64,000 nt of DNA from contig NC_042998.1 in assembly GCF_006345805.1 (NCBI RefSeq), forward strand, positions 159,588,001 to 159,652,000, given 5' to 3'. Shown piece by piece: positions 52,676-64,000 of this stretch; the first letter of the stretch is position 1, and each line of letters starts with the position of its first letter. Under the pieces are notes generated by a model. It saw only the letters and a program-made list of their open reading frames with translations, searched no databases and was not told where the DNA came from. Origin of the DNA: Octopus sinensis. Its lineage: Eukaryota. A program made the position numbers and the translations under genes.

Positions 52676-52738
52676 TTTAGAGAAACTGAAGAGATTTCTA
52701 GTTTATGCTAGATATGAAACCAATGTTTTTTTTCTAAA
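52676..52738 (+). ncRNA. Type I hammerhead ribozyme-like fold (degenerate) downstream of the PLE ORF
   Basis: Helix I tttagagaaa/tttttctaaa; core CTGAAGA at 52686-92; stem II tctag/ctaga; GAAAC-caat-GTT. Confidence 0.6.
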
Positions 52739-52782
52739 CTGTTACATTACACATAAAAATAAATATGTATAAATAATATGTA

Positions 52783-52820
<38 letters not shown>

Positions 52821-54468
52821 TATATGAGTACAGGACATCACAAACAGTAAACAACATGAAATCTGAAAACAAATGAGTTAAATATGCAAAAAATGAGAGA
52901 AACAACTGGAAAACAGGACAAGTAACATAAAGAACGACCCTTCATCAGTTGTCAGCTGTCCATCTGCTCCTCGTTTAAAGCAATGGACGACAATATGAGT
53001 CTTCGAAGGCAGTTACTTCCAAGATACCAAAATAAAATTAGGGATTTAAGGAGGGTCAAAGTTGGAAACAAAAATAGGGTAGTGGAGACATACAAGGAAA
53101 CTGAACGAAATTAAGTGTCACTAACAAGTCTAAGAAGCAATGCAGTAATTAATCCCTGTAATAGAATTTTGGTAATTGTAATGAAAGTTTGAAAAAGAGT
53201 GTAATCTCAAAGAATGTGACAGTTGATATTGCATAGTGTTGTGGTAGTGAAATTTTCTGAGAGTATGTGCCATCATTAGTGATCACTTTAAAAAATCTGT
53301 GGAAAGTTCAGTCCAATAGAAAAAAGAAGAGTTCATACTTATATTTATTTAGTGTTTTTCTATTAGGAAAAATAAAACAGAGAAACTAAAATGAAAGAGA
53401 AACATTTCAGGAATTATGTTTAAGAAATAATTACTAATGTCAATGGTTTTAAGATGACAATTGAAAAATAACCATTTATAAATTGTATTGTACTCAATGT
53501 TTTTAAACAAAACAATAGAAAAATAACATCACTTATAAATTACATTATACCTTAATAAGACACAAGAAATGTGTACATTTATAAAACTGTTGTGTGGCTC
53601 CTAATGGACTGTGCCACAATATAAATGGACATATTTAGAGAGTGTAAGAGAATCTTGAGCTGTGTAAAGCCAAGAGTTGCACATTGTCAGTATCTTGAGT
53701 AGAACAATTTGCGAGGACATTATTATTATCCCATTATATCATACGTCAAATGTGCAATACAACAAAAATAATAAAATGAAGGAATGGAAAATAAACATTT
53801 CATTATCAGTAAAACTCTTACTGGTACTCAACCAATGACGGATACTTATACATCAGGGCTATATTTAGTGAATTCAAGAGCTTGTAACTCTAGTTTCATC
53901 AATTACTCCTGTAATTTAACTTGACAAAGTTTATCACAGAAAAATGCAAACCATAGTGTGTTGATGAAAATTCAATTAAAATTGCCATTAAAATATTTTT
54001 GAAACAGGTGAAGATTTCAGAAATAAACTCCAAGCTTTCAGAACCTTATTTTCTGCATTTTCCTGTGTTATTTTTGGCATTATCTGACTTCTATTGATGC
54101 TTTTTATTTTTCAATTTTGCTCTGAAGTCTTCAAACTTTTGCATCCATATTGAGCTATAATCTAATCAGTTGCTTTTTAAAATTATTCAAATTCCCTAAA
54201 ACATTTCCAAATTTATGTTGCCTGAGGTTACACTATCAGTTTTTTTAGATGACTTGAACTTAGTAAATATTAAAGAAAATTGTTCAGCTGTTCCCTAAAA
54301 GTTGCTCTGAAAATATTTTTAAATGCTTTGAATGTCTGTTTTTTCATGAATTTAAAGATCAGTCATTATTGTCAACATCTCATTGAAAACCTTTTAGTCT
54401 GATTTCAAAAGATTTGTATACACTCAAATATACCATAAAGTGTTTTATCAGAAACTTCTAAATTAATA

Positions 54469-54927
54469 TTAGTTTCAAAACTTGGCACAAGACCAGCAAT
54501 ATCAGGCTAGGGGGTAAATCAATTACATAAGCCCCAGCATTCAACTGATACTTATTTTATTGACCCCATAAGGATGAAAGGCAATGTTGACCTTGGTGGA
54601 ATTTGAACTCGAAATATAAAGACAGACGAAATGCTGCTAAATATTTTGTCCAGAAGCCAAACAATTCTACCAGCTCACCACATTAACCCTCTAAATTAAT
54701 ACTGGCTTCAAATTCTGGCACAAGGCAAACAAGTTCAGTGGAGAAGATAATTGATTACATCGACCCCAGTACTAGACTGATACTTATTTTATTGACTCCC
54801 CTACCATCAAAGGATGAAAGGCAAAGTTGACCCCCAGCAGAATTTGAACTCAGAACATAAAGCCAGGCAAAATGCCACTAGACATTTTGCTTGGGATGCT
54901 AATGATTCTGCCAGCTCACCCACTTCC
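54469..54927 (-). mobile_element. Two head-to-tail SINE family B copies
   Basis: Two diverged ~220-bp copies separated and flanked by TCTAAATTAATA. Confidence 0.8.
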
Positions 54928-55254
54928 TCTAAATTAATATTGAAATCATTTAGGAGTGAGGAAAAATTTGCAAAAAACATTTATTAATCTGGTAATACAT
55001 AAATTTTCATTTGTCAAAAACAGACATATTTCATCCTAATACTCAATGTAATCTCAAACATTATTGTATCAGAAAAGTTCAACATATTTTGCAAATCTAC
55101 AAAACTTACTTCTCTTCCTTAAAAAAGAGAAACCATCCTTCATTAGAATTGCTCCCTTCATTTAAATGTCTTTGTTTCTTTGTGTTTTCTACTGACATCT
55201 TGCAGGAACTACTGTTATAAATACAATTTTAAAATATCTCACTTATAAACTTAA

Positions 55255-55808
55255 CCCTTTAGCATTTAAATCAGCCATATCTGGCACATATATTCTTTTT
55301 GTTTTATGTTCAAACCAGGCTTAATAGTTAGGGTATTCAACTCACAATTGTGAGGTTGTGACTGGAAGGTTGTACACCAATTCCCAGGGGAATGTTGTGT
55401 CCTTGGGCAAGATACTTTATTTCACAATGCTCCAGTTTACCCATCTGGCAAAAATGAGCGGTACCTGTATTTCAAAGGGTTAGACTTCTCACTCTCTATG
55501 TCATGCCGAATCTCCCTGAGAATTACATTAACGGTACACGTGTCTGTGGAGTGCTCAGCCATTTGCACATTAATTTCACAAGCAGGCTTTTCCATCGATT
55601 GAATCACCTGTAACACTTATTGCCGTAAGCAATAGAGTGCCAGTTTTTCAAGCCAACCAAATCCAGCTTCTCACACCCACCTTACAATGTCTAATAATAA
55701 ACAATCACATCATTGAAATCTCAAAGCTACAAGATAATGCATAAGTAATTCAAAACAAAGTGAGTAAATAAGTGTTACGTTTGACAGAATAATCTGAATG
55801 CTAAAGCA
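55255..55808. mobile_element. piggyBac-type MITE with a nested family C SINE (~55318..55640)
   Basis: TTAA|CCCTTTAGCATT ... AATGCTAAAGCA|TTAA; the body resumes after the SINE. Confidence 0.7.
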
Positions 55809-55844
55809 TTAAATGGTAATAATGGTTTCCTATTTTGACTCAAG

Positions 55845-56040
55845 GCCACTAATTTTGGAGGAAGGGGTAAGTTAATTACATCAACTCCAGTGCTCAGCTG
55901 GTGCTTTATTTTAACCACTCTAAAAGAATAAAAGACAAAGTCAGTCTCATCAGAATTTGAGCTCATCATGTAAAGACATATGAAATGCTACTAAGCATTT
56001 TGCCCAGCATGCTAACAATTCTGCCAACTTGCCACCTTCC
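55845..56040 (-). mobile_element. SINE family B
   Basis: Reverse-complement copy; another partial copy at ~56250..56400. Confidence 0.7.
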
Positions 56041-56798
56041 TTTAACTGTGGTAATACACCACCATAAATTTCCAGTGAGCTAATTTATCATTATTGTACA
56101 TATATTTTTCATATAGTTTTAAAGCAACAATTTGCTTTGAATAAATAAGTAATCCAAGTAGATTAGTAATGGGCCATCAAGAACTCATATTTGTTATGGT
56201 GTATAAGTACTCAGCATAGTATAGGTCTGGATATTGTAAACTTTCAACTAGGCTTGAAATTTGCGTTGACCCTTGTACTCAACTGAAACTTGTTTTATCA
56301 ACCCCAAAATGATGAAAGGCCAAGTCGACCTCAGTAGAATTTGAACTCACACTGCTAAGAGCTAAAAGAAATGCTGCCAAGTATTTTGTCCAGCTGGTCT
56401 GGATACCATAGAAATATAGAAAGCAATAATGGGCTGATATTTCAACAGTAACAATTATGATGTATATATTATAAAAGACTTTGTAGTTTACAAAGAAATA
56501 CTTATTGATAATTTACATGGCTACAAGTCATTATGCCAAGCTGACCTGTCAGCACTGAAATTATTTACTACCCTAACAAAAAAAATACCCAAGAAAAATT
56601 CAATTGCATTGGAAATTTATGTCAAACTTTGCATGTGATGGCTATGGCCTTAACCTCACATAAATGTATATATTGACTAGAAAAATTCATGACAATTAAT
56701 GGAGTACCTATCTTTTATCTTTTGTTTCAAGCATTAGACTGTGGCCATGCTGGAGTACCATCTTGATGAATTTTTAGTCGAATGAATTGATCCTACTA

Positions 56799-57035
56799 CT
56801 TCTTTTTAAGCCTGGTACTTGTTCTATTGGTCTCTTTTGCTAAGCTGCTAAGTTTTGTGAATATAAACAAACCATCGCCAGTTGTCAAGCAGCAGTGGGG
56901 GACAAGCACACACATGCACGTATATATATACAAGTGTGTGTGTGCTTGACAACTGGTAATGGTTTGTTTATGTCCCCAAAACGTAGCAGCTTAGCAAGGG
57001 AGACCAATAGAATAAGTACCAGGCTTAAAAAGAAG
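56799..57035. repeat. Inverted duplication of a SINE A tail (92-bp arms, ~53-bp spacer)
   Basis: 56799..56890 is the reverse complement of 56944..57035. Confidence 0.9.
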
Positions 57036-57059
57036 TGTATATATATATATACACACACA

Positions 57060-57525
57060 CAGAGGGTGCGATAGGTAAATTGTCACCATTTTATATTTTT
57101 AATTTCATGCGTGTGCATTGTTTGTTTTTGATTTTGCTGACTATACAGTATAGTAGGATCAGTTGGGCAATTCACTCTGCCACAAATTTGAAAATGACAT
57201 ACTGTACTGTTTGGCATTGCACCAGAAACTCCAATACAAACATTTCAGAGTGCATGGATGTCAATCTGAGGACATGTACTGAGAGTGATGAAAATCAAAC
57301 ATCCAGCCAACATCATGTAACACCAAAGATGAACCGAAGGCAAGGATTATGGCAGCATTCACCAGCTTAAACAAGAAGACCGTCCAGAAGAGTTGCAGGA
57401 GATTCTGAAGTTGTCTGGAGGCTGTGGTTGAAGCCAACAGCAATTTTATTGAACAATTAAAACGAGATGCCAGTGTTACCTTCATTTTTGCATAACTTAG
57501 ACTACAGTTTATTCAGTGCACTCTG
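57060..57525 (+). mobile_element. Internally deleted DD37D/maT-like transposon
   Basis: Ends CAGAGGGTGCG.. / ..GTGCACTCTG|TA; C-terminal transposase remnant HNTKDEPKARIMAAFTSLNKKTVQKSCRRF..LEAVVEANSNFIE. Confidence 0.7.
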
Positions 57526-57537
57526 TATGTATATATA

Positions 57538-57692
57538 TGGCTTCTTTCAGTTTCCATTAACCATATCCACTAACAAAGCCTTAGTCACCCTGGAGCTATT
57601 GTAGAAGACACTTGTCCAAGATGCTATGCAGTGGAACTGAACCCAGAACCATGTTACTGGTAAGTTAACTTCTTACTACACAGTCATACCTA
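57538..57692 (-). mobile_element. SINE family A head
   Basis: Matches the head of the other copies. Confidence 0.75.
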
Positions 57693-58339
57693 TTATTATC
57701 ATTATTGTGTAGTGGTTGTAGTTTTTGTTGTTGTAGTTATGTTCTGAGTTCAAATTCTGCTGTGGTTGACTTTACCTTTTATCTTTTCAGGCTCCATAAT
57801 ATAAGTACCAGTTGAACACTAGGATTGATGTAATCATCTAGCTCCCTCCCCACAAATTTCAGGCCTTTTGCCTATTGTAGAAAGGATTGCTATTATTATT
57901 GTTGTTCTTGTTGTTGTTAATGAGCTTTTACAAGGCATGCCAACATAACCATTTATTTAGAACTCAACATATTATATTACATTCTAATATATACTTACAA
58001 GGATGTATTTGCACTTATATACATATTCATAAAATGAAATGTCTATAGAGTAAAATATTTTTATTGCTTTCACTTCTGAAGATGTGATATCAGGTGATTT
58101 TATACAACATATTGTGTAATAGCCATCTCTCAGACATTACTGAAATGTATAAAGAAAGAAATAATTACTCCATTATCTCCTCCAGCCATGTATCTCCTCT
58201 ATAACATGATATCAGTACTTGTCCCTCTATCATATTATAGCCTTTCATCACTTGACATACAGCCACCTACTTCCACCTGTCCCTCTCAAATATTCCCTTT
58301 TTAATGTTGGGAGCTTTTTCTTTTTCCTTTTCCCTGTTC

Positions 58340-58575
58340 TTTTTTCTGTCTTGCATGTTATACAGCAATCTCACTAGTGCTGGTGGTATGGAAAAAGCAC
58401 CTGGTGTATTTTGTAAAGCAGTTGGTGTTAGAAAGGGCCTCCAGTTGTAGAAACCACAACAAAGCTGACATTGGAGTTCGACACAGCTTTACACTTCACT
58501 AGATCCTGTCAAATTGTCCCACCCATACCAGCTTGGAAAGCAGATGTAGATGATGATGATGATGATAATGATGAT
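58340..58575 (+). mobile_element. LINE/RTE-type 3' tail
   Basis: cactagtgctgg...aaaagcacc...gaaagggcctccagttgtagaaacc...gatgatgat. Confidence 0.65.
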
Positions 58576-58732
58576 ATATGCATGATAATATACGTATGAG
58601 TTATTCGTTTAGTTAATTTTGACTCATCAGAGGTTCATTCATTGACTAACCAGTTGTGAAACTTTGTCCTTTAGTTACTCACGGGCAGTTGTAAATGTTT
58701 ACTGCTGACCACAGCTAAATAAAGCACACACT

Positions 58733-58789
<57 letters not shown>

Positions 58790-60115
58790 GCACACAAACT
58801 TATTACAATCTTCCATGGAGTTTGAAGATGGAATGAACAGCAAACATCCACTTCTGGTTATCATATGTACTATGATCTAAATACGGGTATGACTTCTTTA
58901 TTGACCTTAGGATTTTAGGCAGCAAGATCTAAAACTGGTGCCTCCCTCACAAGCTATTAAGGGCTTTTAGGGCTTAGCTTTGTTGTTACTGCTATATAGA
59001 ACTATTTGATGTTTAATTATTATATTTGGTTAATGGGCCTTTCTAGAGCAAAACTTCATAAAATATTAGTTACAGTAATTGAATAAAATAAATATTGTTA
59101 ATTGCTCAGTTTTAAAGCATTTATTCTGATAACTTCAGAATTACTGGTGGGTTACTAAATATCTGTACTGTATATTTCTGTATGTTAAAAAACAAAGTTC
59201 TTTATTTTGTCTTTTATCTTTTACTTGTTTCAGTCATTGGACTGTTTCCATGCTGGAGCACTGCCTTGGGTTTCTCCAGTATGTAGGGTAGCATATCTGA
59301 TATCCTCACTGTTTGAGAGACACATTAGGAATGATCTCGTTTGAGATTACAACCATCTTTGGCTAGTTTGACCCTGTTGTGTCCACTGCTCTGATTGGTT
59401 GGCATTCTAGTGCGGTTTGTCTCTCTGCTTATTTCTGTACCTTCTGTTGCACACACAGACACACACAGACACAAATACTATGCGCATGCATTCATACACA
59501 ACACTACGCTAGCACTCACAACACTTTCACTTTGTACACTGTGTTAATAAAGTCTTCTTCTCTCTCAAACAGTAGAACAGCTTGTCGTCCTTCATTATAT
59601 CTTTTGGCACTGTATGTTATATCATGTATATGACTTATTATGTTAGGGACGACTGTGCGGCATTCAAAAGAAGACATTTGTAACCAACTCCTTACGTACA
59701 GTCACATATATATTTTTCCTATATTAGCTTTTTAGTTTGGCACTTATTCTATCAGTCTCTTTTACCTTACCACTAAGTTACAGGGATGTAAACAAACCAA
59801 CACCAGTACACCAGTTGTCAAGTGGGGGCATGAAGGGCAAACACAGACACATATATTTATTTATAGTAGTTGAATGAATTATCTTGTTATGGATAATTTG
59901 GTTAACCGATACCTGGGTATCAGCATAATATATAATATATAATATAGAAAGCGGCATAATATACTCCTTATTCCTTCGCAATTAGGAATATGCAGCCTTC
60001 GAAACATATGTCGAAAATAAAGGAATTTTGTTAATTCGTCGTTCAACTCCATTCTTTAATATATTTATATATTTATTTATATGTATACATATACATGTGT
60101 GTGTGTATATATATA

Positions 60116-60480
60116 TCATCATCATCATCGTTTAACATCCGCTTTCCATGCTAGCATGGGTTGGACGATTTGAACCAGATGGCTGCACCAGGCTCCAATC
60201 TGATTTTGCAGGGTTTCTACAGCTGGATGCCCTTCCTAATGCCAACCCCTCTGAGAGTGTAGTGGGTGCTTTTACATGCTACTGGCAACAGCCACATTCA
60301 AATGGTGCTTTTTATGTGCCACCTGCACAGGAGACAGTCGAGCAGCACTGGCAATGACCTCGCTCAAATGTTTTTAAACGTGCCACCAGCACAAGTGCCT
60401 CTAAGGCGACGCAGGTAACGATCACGCTCAAAAGGTGTTTTTTACGTGCCACCAGCATGGAGGCCAGGTTGTTGTTCTGG
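60116..60480 (-). mobile_element. RTE 3' UTR fragment
   Basis: (TA)n|(CAT)n followed by sequence homologous to 24231..24600. Confidence 0.85.
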
Positions 60481-62905
60481 CAACGATCATGGTACTCTTA
60501 GTGCTCCTCTAGCACGTACAACCTGTTGCATGGTTGGGTCGTCGGCTACTAAACCGGCAACCCCACCAAGCTTGCTTGGTGAGGAGGGTGTTTATTGGAC
60601 ACCCTGCGGGATGAAAAACAAAACCCGTCAAAGGGTGGAGGAACTCTTGAGAGTCAACGGCCATCCAATAAATGTCGTAAGACTGCATCATGTGCAGGGA
60701 CATAGAAATAATTGGACTGAATACCTAATCGTGCAGTTAAACCATTGGGAGTGAAGGACTCCTAGCCTTTGTTAGGGCATCCTTCTAGGAGAAGGTAACT
60801 CAGGTAACTGGGATAACTCCAACATAAAACCTGCGGCTCAGTGGTTACCGATGATGTTGATGTGTTCTTCTTTTCGGATTATGGCTGCTGTTGCTTAGTG
60901 AGTGGGATTGACTCAGTGCACAGCCTTTCCTCACTTTAAAAAAAATCTTGCACAGGCATTGCATGATAACATTGATTAAGCTTCGTGCAATGGCCATACT
61001 CGATAACGAAGGGGCAGCCACCATGTATATATATACACAGTCGCCATGATTGACCGTTAAATCCACAAGTTTTTTTATTCTCTCTCTGCTTATTTCCTCG
61101 TGTTCCTTTCTGTTGGTTTCAAATATAAAAGACTTTCCCACCTTTTCGAATTGGCCAGACTCATGCCACTTTCACTCAGGCATTCTCATCCAAATCATAC
61201 CTTCTTTTCTTTTCACCCTTGTTTTGTTCATCTCCATCCACAGGCCCCTACCCTTATCACTACACCCAGTCCTTCTTTGTCAAAATATTAGTTCTCTGAA
61301 ATTCCCTCTCTGCTCATGTCTTTCCCACAGGTGTTTTACAAAGATTCAAGACAAACGTTAATGGCATCAACCTCACCAATTAAGGAGGGCATGCAAAGGC
61401 CATGATCACTTCTATTTTTAGGTCACATTGTCCAACATATTTTTCATTTTTTAAGGCAGTTGAGTATGTGCAAATTGAAGGTGATTTAGCTGCTATTTTT
61501 AACAGTTTCAACTCTGTACTCACAAACTACTCATCTATTACATAAAAAATACTTACATTGCATATAGCGATAAGTGTTGTTTCTCCATGATATTCTTAGT
61601 TTACAGATATAATTTTATTATTTGCGAATTGTCTTTGCCATTGACATAAGGGAATGAAAGCAAACAGTTCAACCTCTCAGCCTTTTGGTTGCAAGACCAA
61701 ATTCCCATGAAACTTACAAGCTGCATCTCAAAGTGGAGTTAATGTTAAATTTAACATATTAACCAGTTAGTGGCTAGAGGCAAAAGATTGACTCAGGAGA
61801 GAAGGGGTTTAAGAGGGTTTCAGTTACTGATAGAAAGGACTGAAAATTGCATAGAGACTTTAGGCCAGGTCTGTTGATGTCCAGTCATGTTGTGATAGCA
61901 TACCGTTAGCTATTTTACTATTATTTTGGACTAACTTTGGAAATTACATTTTATTTAATTACACTAATTCAATATATCATCATCATCGTCATTGTTGTCA
62001 TCACTGCTACCTCCACTGTCTTTGCTATCGCTGTCACCATCATCATCATCATCATTGTCCCCAACATCATCATCACCATTATTGTCATCATACTCATCAA
62101 CCTTCTAGTGTCTGTGTAATTAAGGAGTGAATGACTCCGAGCTAACCTCCCCACTTCTTTCTTGTACTCCACAGTCTTCCACTATTCGGACATAGTCACT
62201 ATACAAAACATTTAGACATTTTTCACTTTGTACTCATTGTTCATTTACAATACGTGCCTATTACCAGAATCATCCTTTCTCCTGAATATCACTGATATTT
62301 TTCTATTACTTTTTTTTTTTTAAATGCCCCTACTGCTCTTTTTCTTTCATCTTCATTTTTGCTTTACCTTCTATACAAGTTAATATTACACATCCAATGA
62401 ATTATGCTCTTCTTATTTTCTCCAATCGCTGCAGATATTCCCTATTCAATGCCATTATCTTATTATCATACTCCATAAGAATATAAAAGCTGAGTTTTTT
62501 TGTGTTTTTTAATTTCTTCTTTTTTGCTTTTCTTTCAATACAAACTGGAATTGTGGGAATGCAAGGAGTCAGCTTACTTATCTTGTTGCTATGTCATGAA
62601 TATTTAACAATTTGTCAGTTAGAAGACAATTTCAATTGTTGCCATATCTTAGAAAATAAATGTTCTATATTGAATTTTCTATGTCTTATAACCATGTTAT
62701 ATAACAATGATAAATGATCAAAGTTCACATTAAAGAACAAAGCTAAAAGTTGAAATACAAAATTAAGATTTCCTATTTGCAATATTTTTCCCTCATACAT
62801 CTGACAGGGAAAAAGTACAAAGTACATATTTTCATAAATTCATACATGTGTGTGTGTATGTATATATATATTTATGTATGTATGTATGTACATATGCATG
62901 TGTGC

Positions 62906-62936
<31 letters not shown>

Positions 62937-63039
62937 TGTATGTATGTATGTATGTATGTATGTGTGTGCTTATGTGTGTAAGTGTGTGAGTGTGTATTTA
63001 TACACATATACACATACACACCTATAATGTAAAGAAAAA

Positions 63040-63990
63040 CTGGGAATTTTTACTGGATACCAAAGTAAGATGGGGTGGAATAGTGCTGTAGATATGGTAA
63101 TAAAAGATAAGAGACAGGCCCAGGTAGACTGGAAGAAAAGAAGGTAGCAAATAAAATATATTACAGCTAGAAGAGAATGTAGATGGTGAATATACTAGGA
63201 AATGGAAGAAACAGAAATAAAGAAATTTGCAGCAAGAGGATCAGAATTGTAAGATATTCAGAACAATAAAACTATATTAGAAAGAATAAAGATGTCATTG
63301 AGAAGTGTTTCTAGAGTGATAACAATTCACCTGCTTTTATTAACATTGAAAAGAAAGAGCTACTATGAGAGACTCTTGAATGTAAAGGATGCATTGGTGA
63401 AAATGAGTCCTCCCCATGTAGGCCCAACAGAGGGACCAACCATCTGAGTTGAGATCAGTAGATAGGGTAATAAAGGATATGGAAGCAGGAAAAGTAACTG
63501 TCCATCAGAAATGGTTGTTGAGATGTTAAAAATATCTTGTGAAATAGAATATATTTTAGTCACTTGAATAATCAGCTAGGTAATAGGTGTCATACCCAAT
63601 GACTGGTGTAGCAACATTATTGTAAACTGTTACAAAGATAAAGAAAATGTACTAGATAGAGGAAACTACAGCAGTGTCAAATTGTTGTATCAGATTTAGA
63701 AAGTTACAGAAAAAGTTATTGCAAAATTTATTCAGAGCAGGATTAGCCTAGACAAGATGCAGCTTGGTTTTGTACCAGGAAGAGGTACCACAGATGCCAT
63801 CTTTATAGTAAAACAACTACAAGAAATATACTTAACTAGAAATAAACCCCTATACCTAGCATTCATAGACATGGAGAAAGCCTTTGACTGGATATTTTGC
63901 TCACTCATCTTATGAGCACTAAGGAAGCTAGGATTAGATGAATTGCTAGGAGATTTGTACAAGCTATGTATGAAGGAGCAGTCACACCTA
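63040..63990 (+). mobile_element. Old RTE fragment (linker + N-terminal RT)
   Basis: Degenerate equivalents of IPNDWCSNIIVNCYK, MQLGFVPGRGTTDAIF and AFIDMEKAFD. Confidence 0.85.
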
Positions 63991-64000
63991 TTAATTATAG

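Noticed and set aside
52830-53110. CTGATGA on the minus strand (~52942-48) as another hammerhead
   Set aside because: No downstream GAAA with a closing stem II could be built; the segment looks like an unrelated repeat.
59370-59700. Possible solo LTR (AATAAA-containing non-coding segment)
   Set aside because: No clear TG...CA termini, TSD or second copy in the window.

Overview
Eukaryotic, AT-rich and repeat-saturated DNA. I found no host protein-coding exon, so it is probably intronic or intergenic. The SINE and LINE families resemble those I recall from octopus (cephalopod) genomes; this assignment is from recall, not a database search. The centrepiece is a near full-length RTE-clade LINE on the minus strand (~24.2-29.25 kb). 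It encodes an APE endonuclease and an RT with a C4HC3 PHD-like finger inserted inside the RT. It has a long 3' UTR of nested tandem repeats, and ~2.7 tandem copies of a ~600-bp unit sit at its 5' end. Also present: a complete Hsmar1-like mariner pseudogene with TIRs, a Tc1-like element, several DNA-transposon derivatives and MITEs, an intron-containing hAT remnant with long inverted arms, and Penelope-like (PLE) remnants, one followed by a type I hammerhead-ribozyme-like fold. There are also R4/Dong-like REL fragments, many SINE copies of at least three families, a 1.24-kb tandem duplication and abundant microsatellites, which explain most ORFs in the supplied track. Boundaries of degenerate repeats are approximate.
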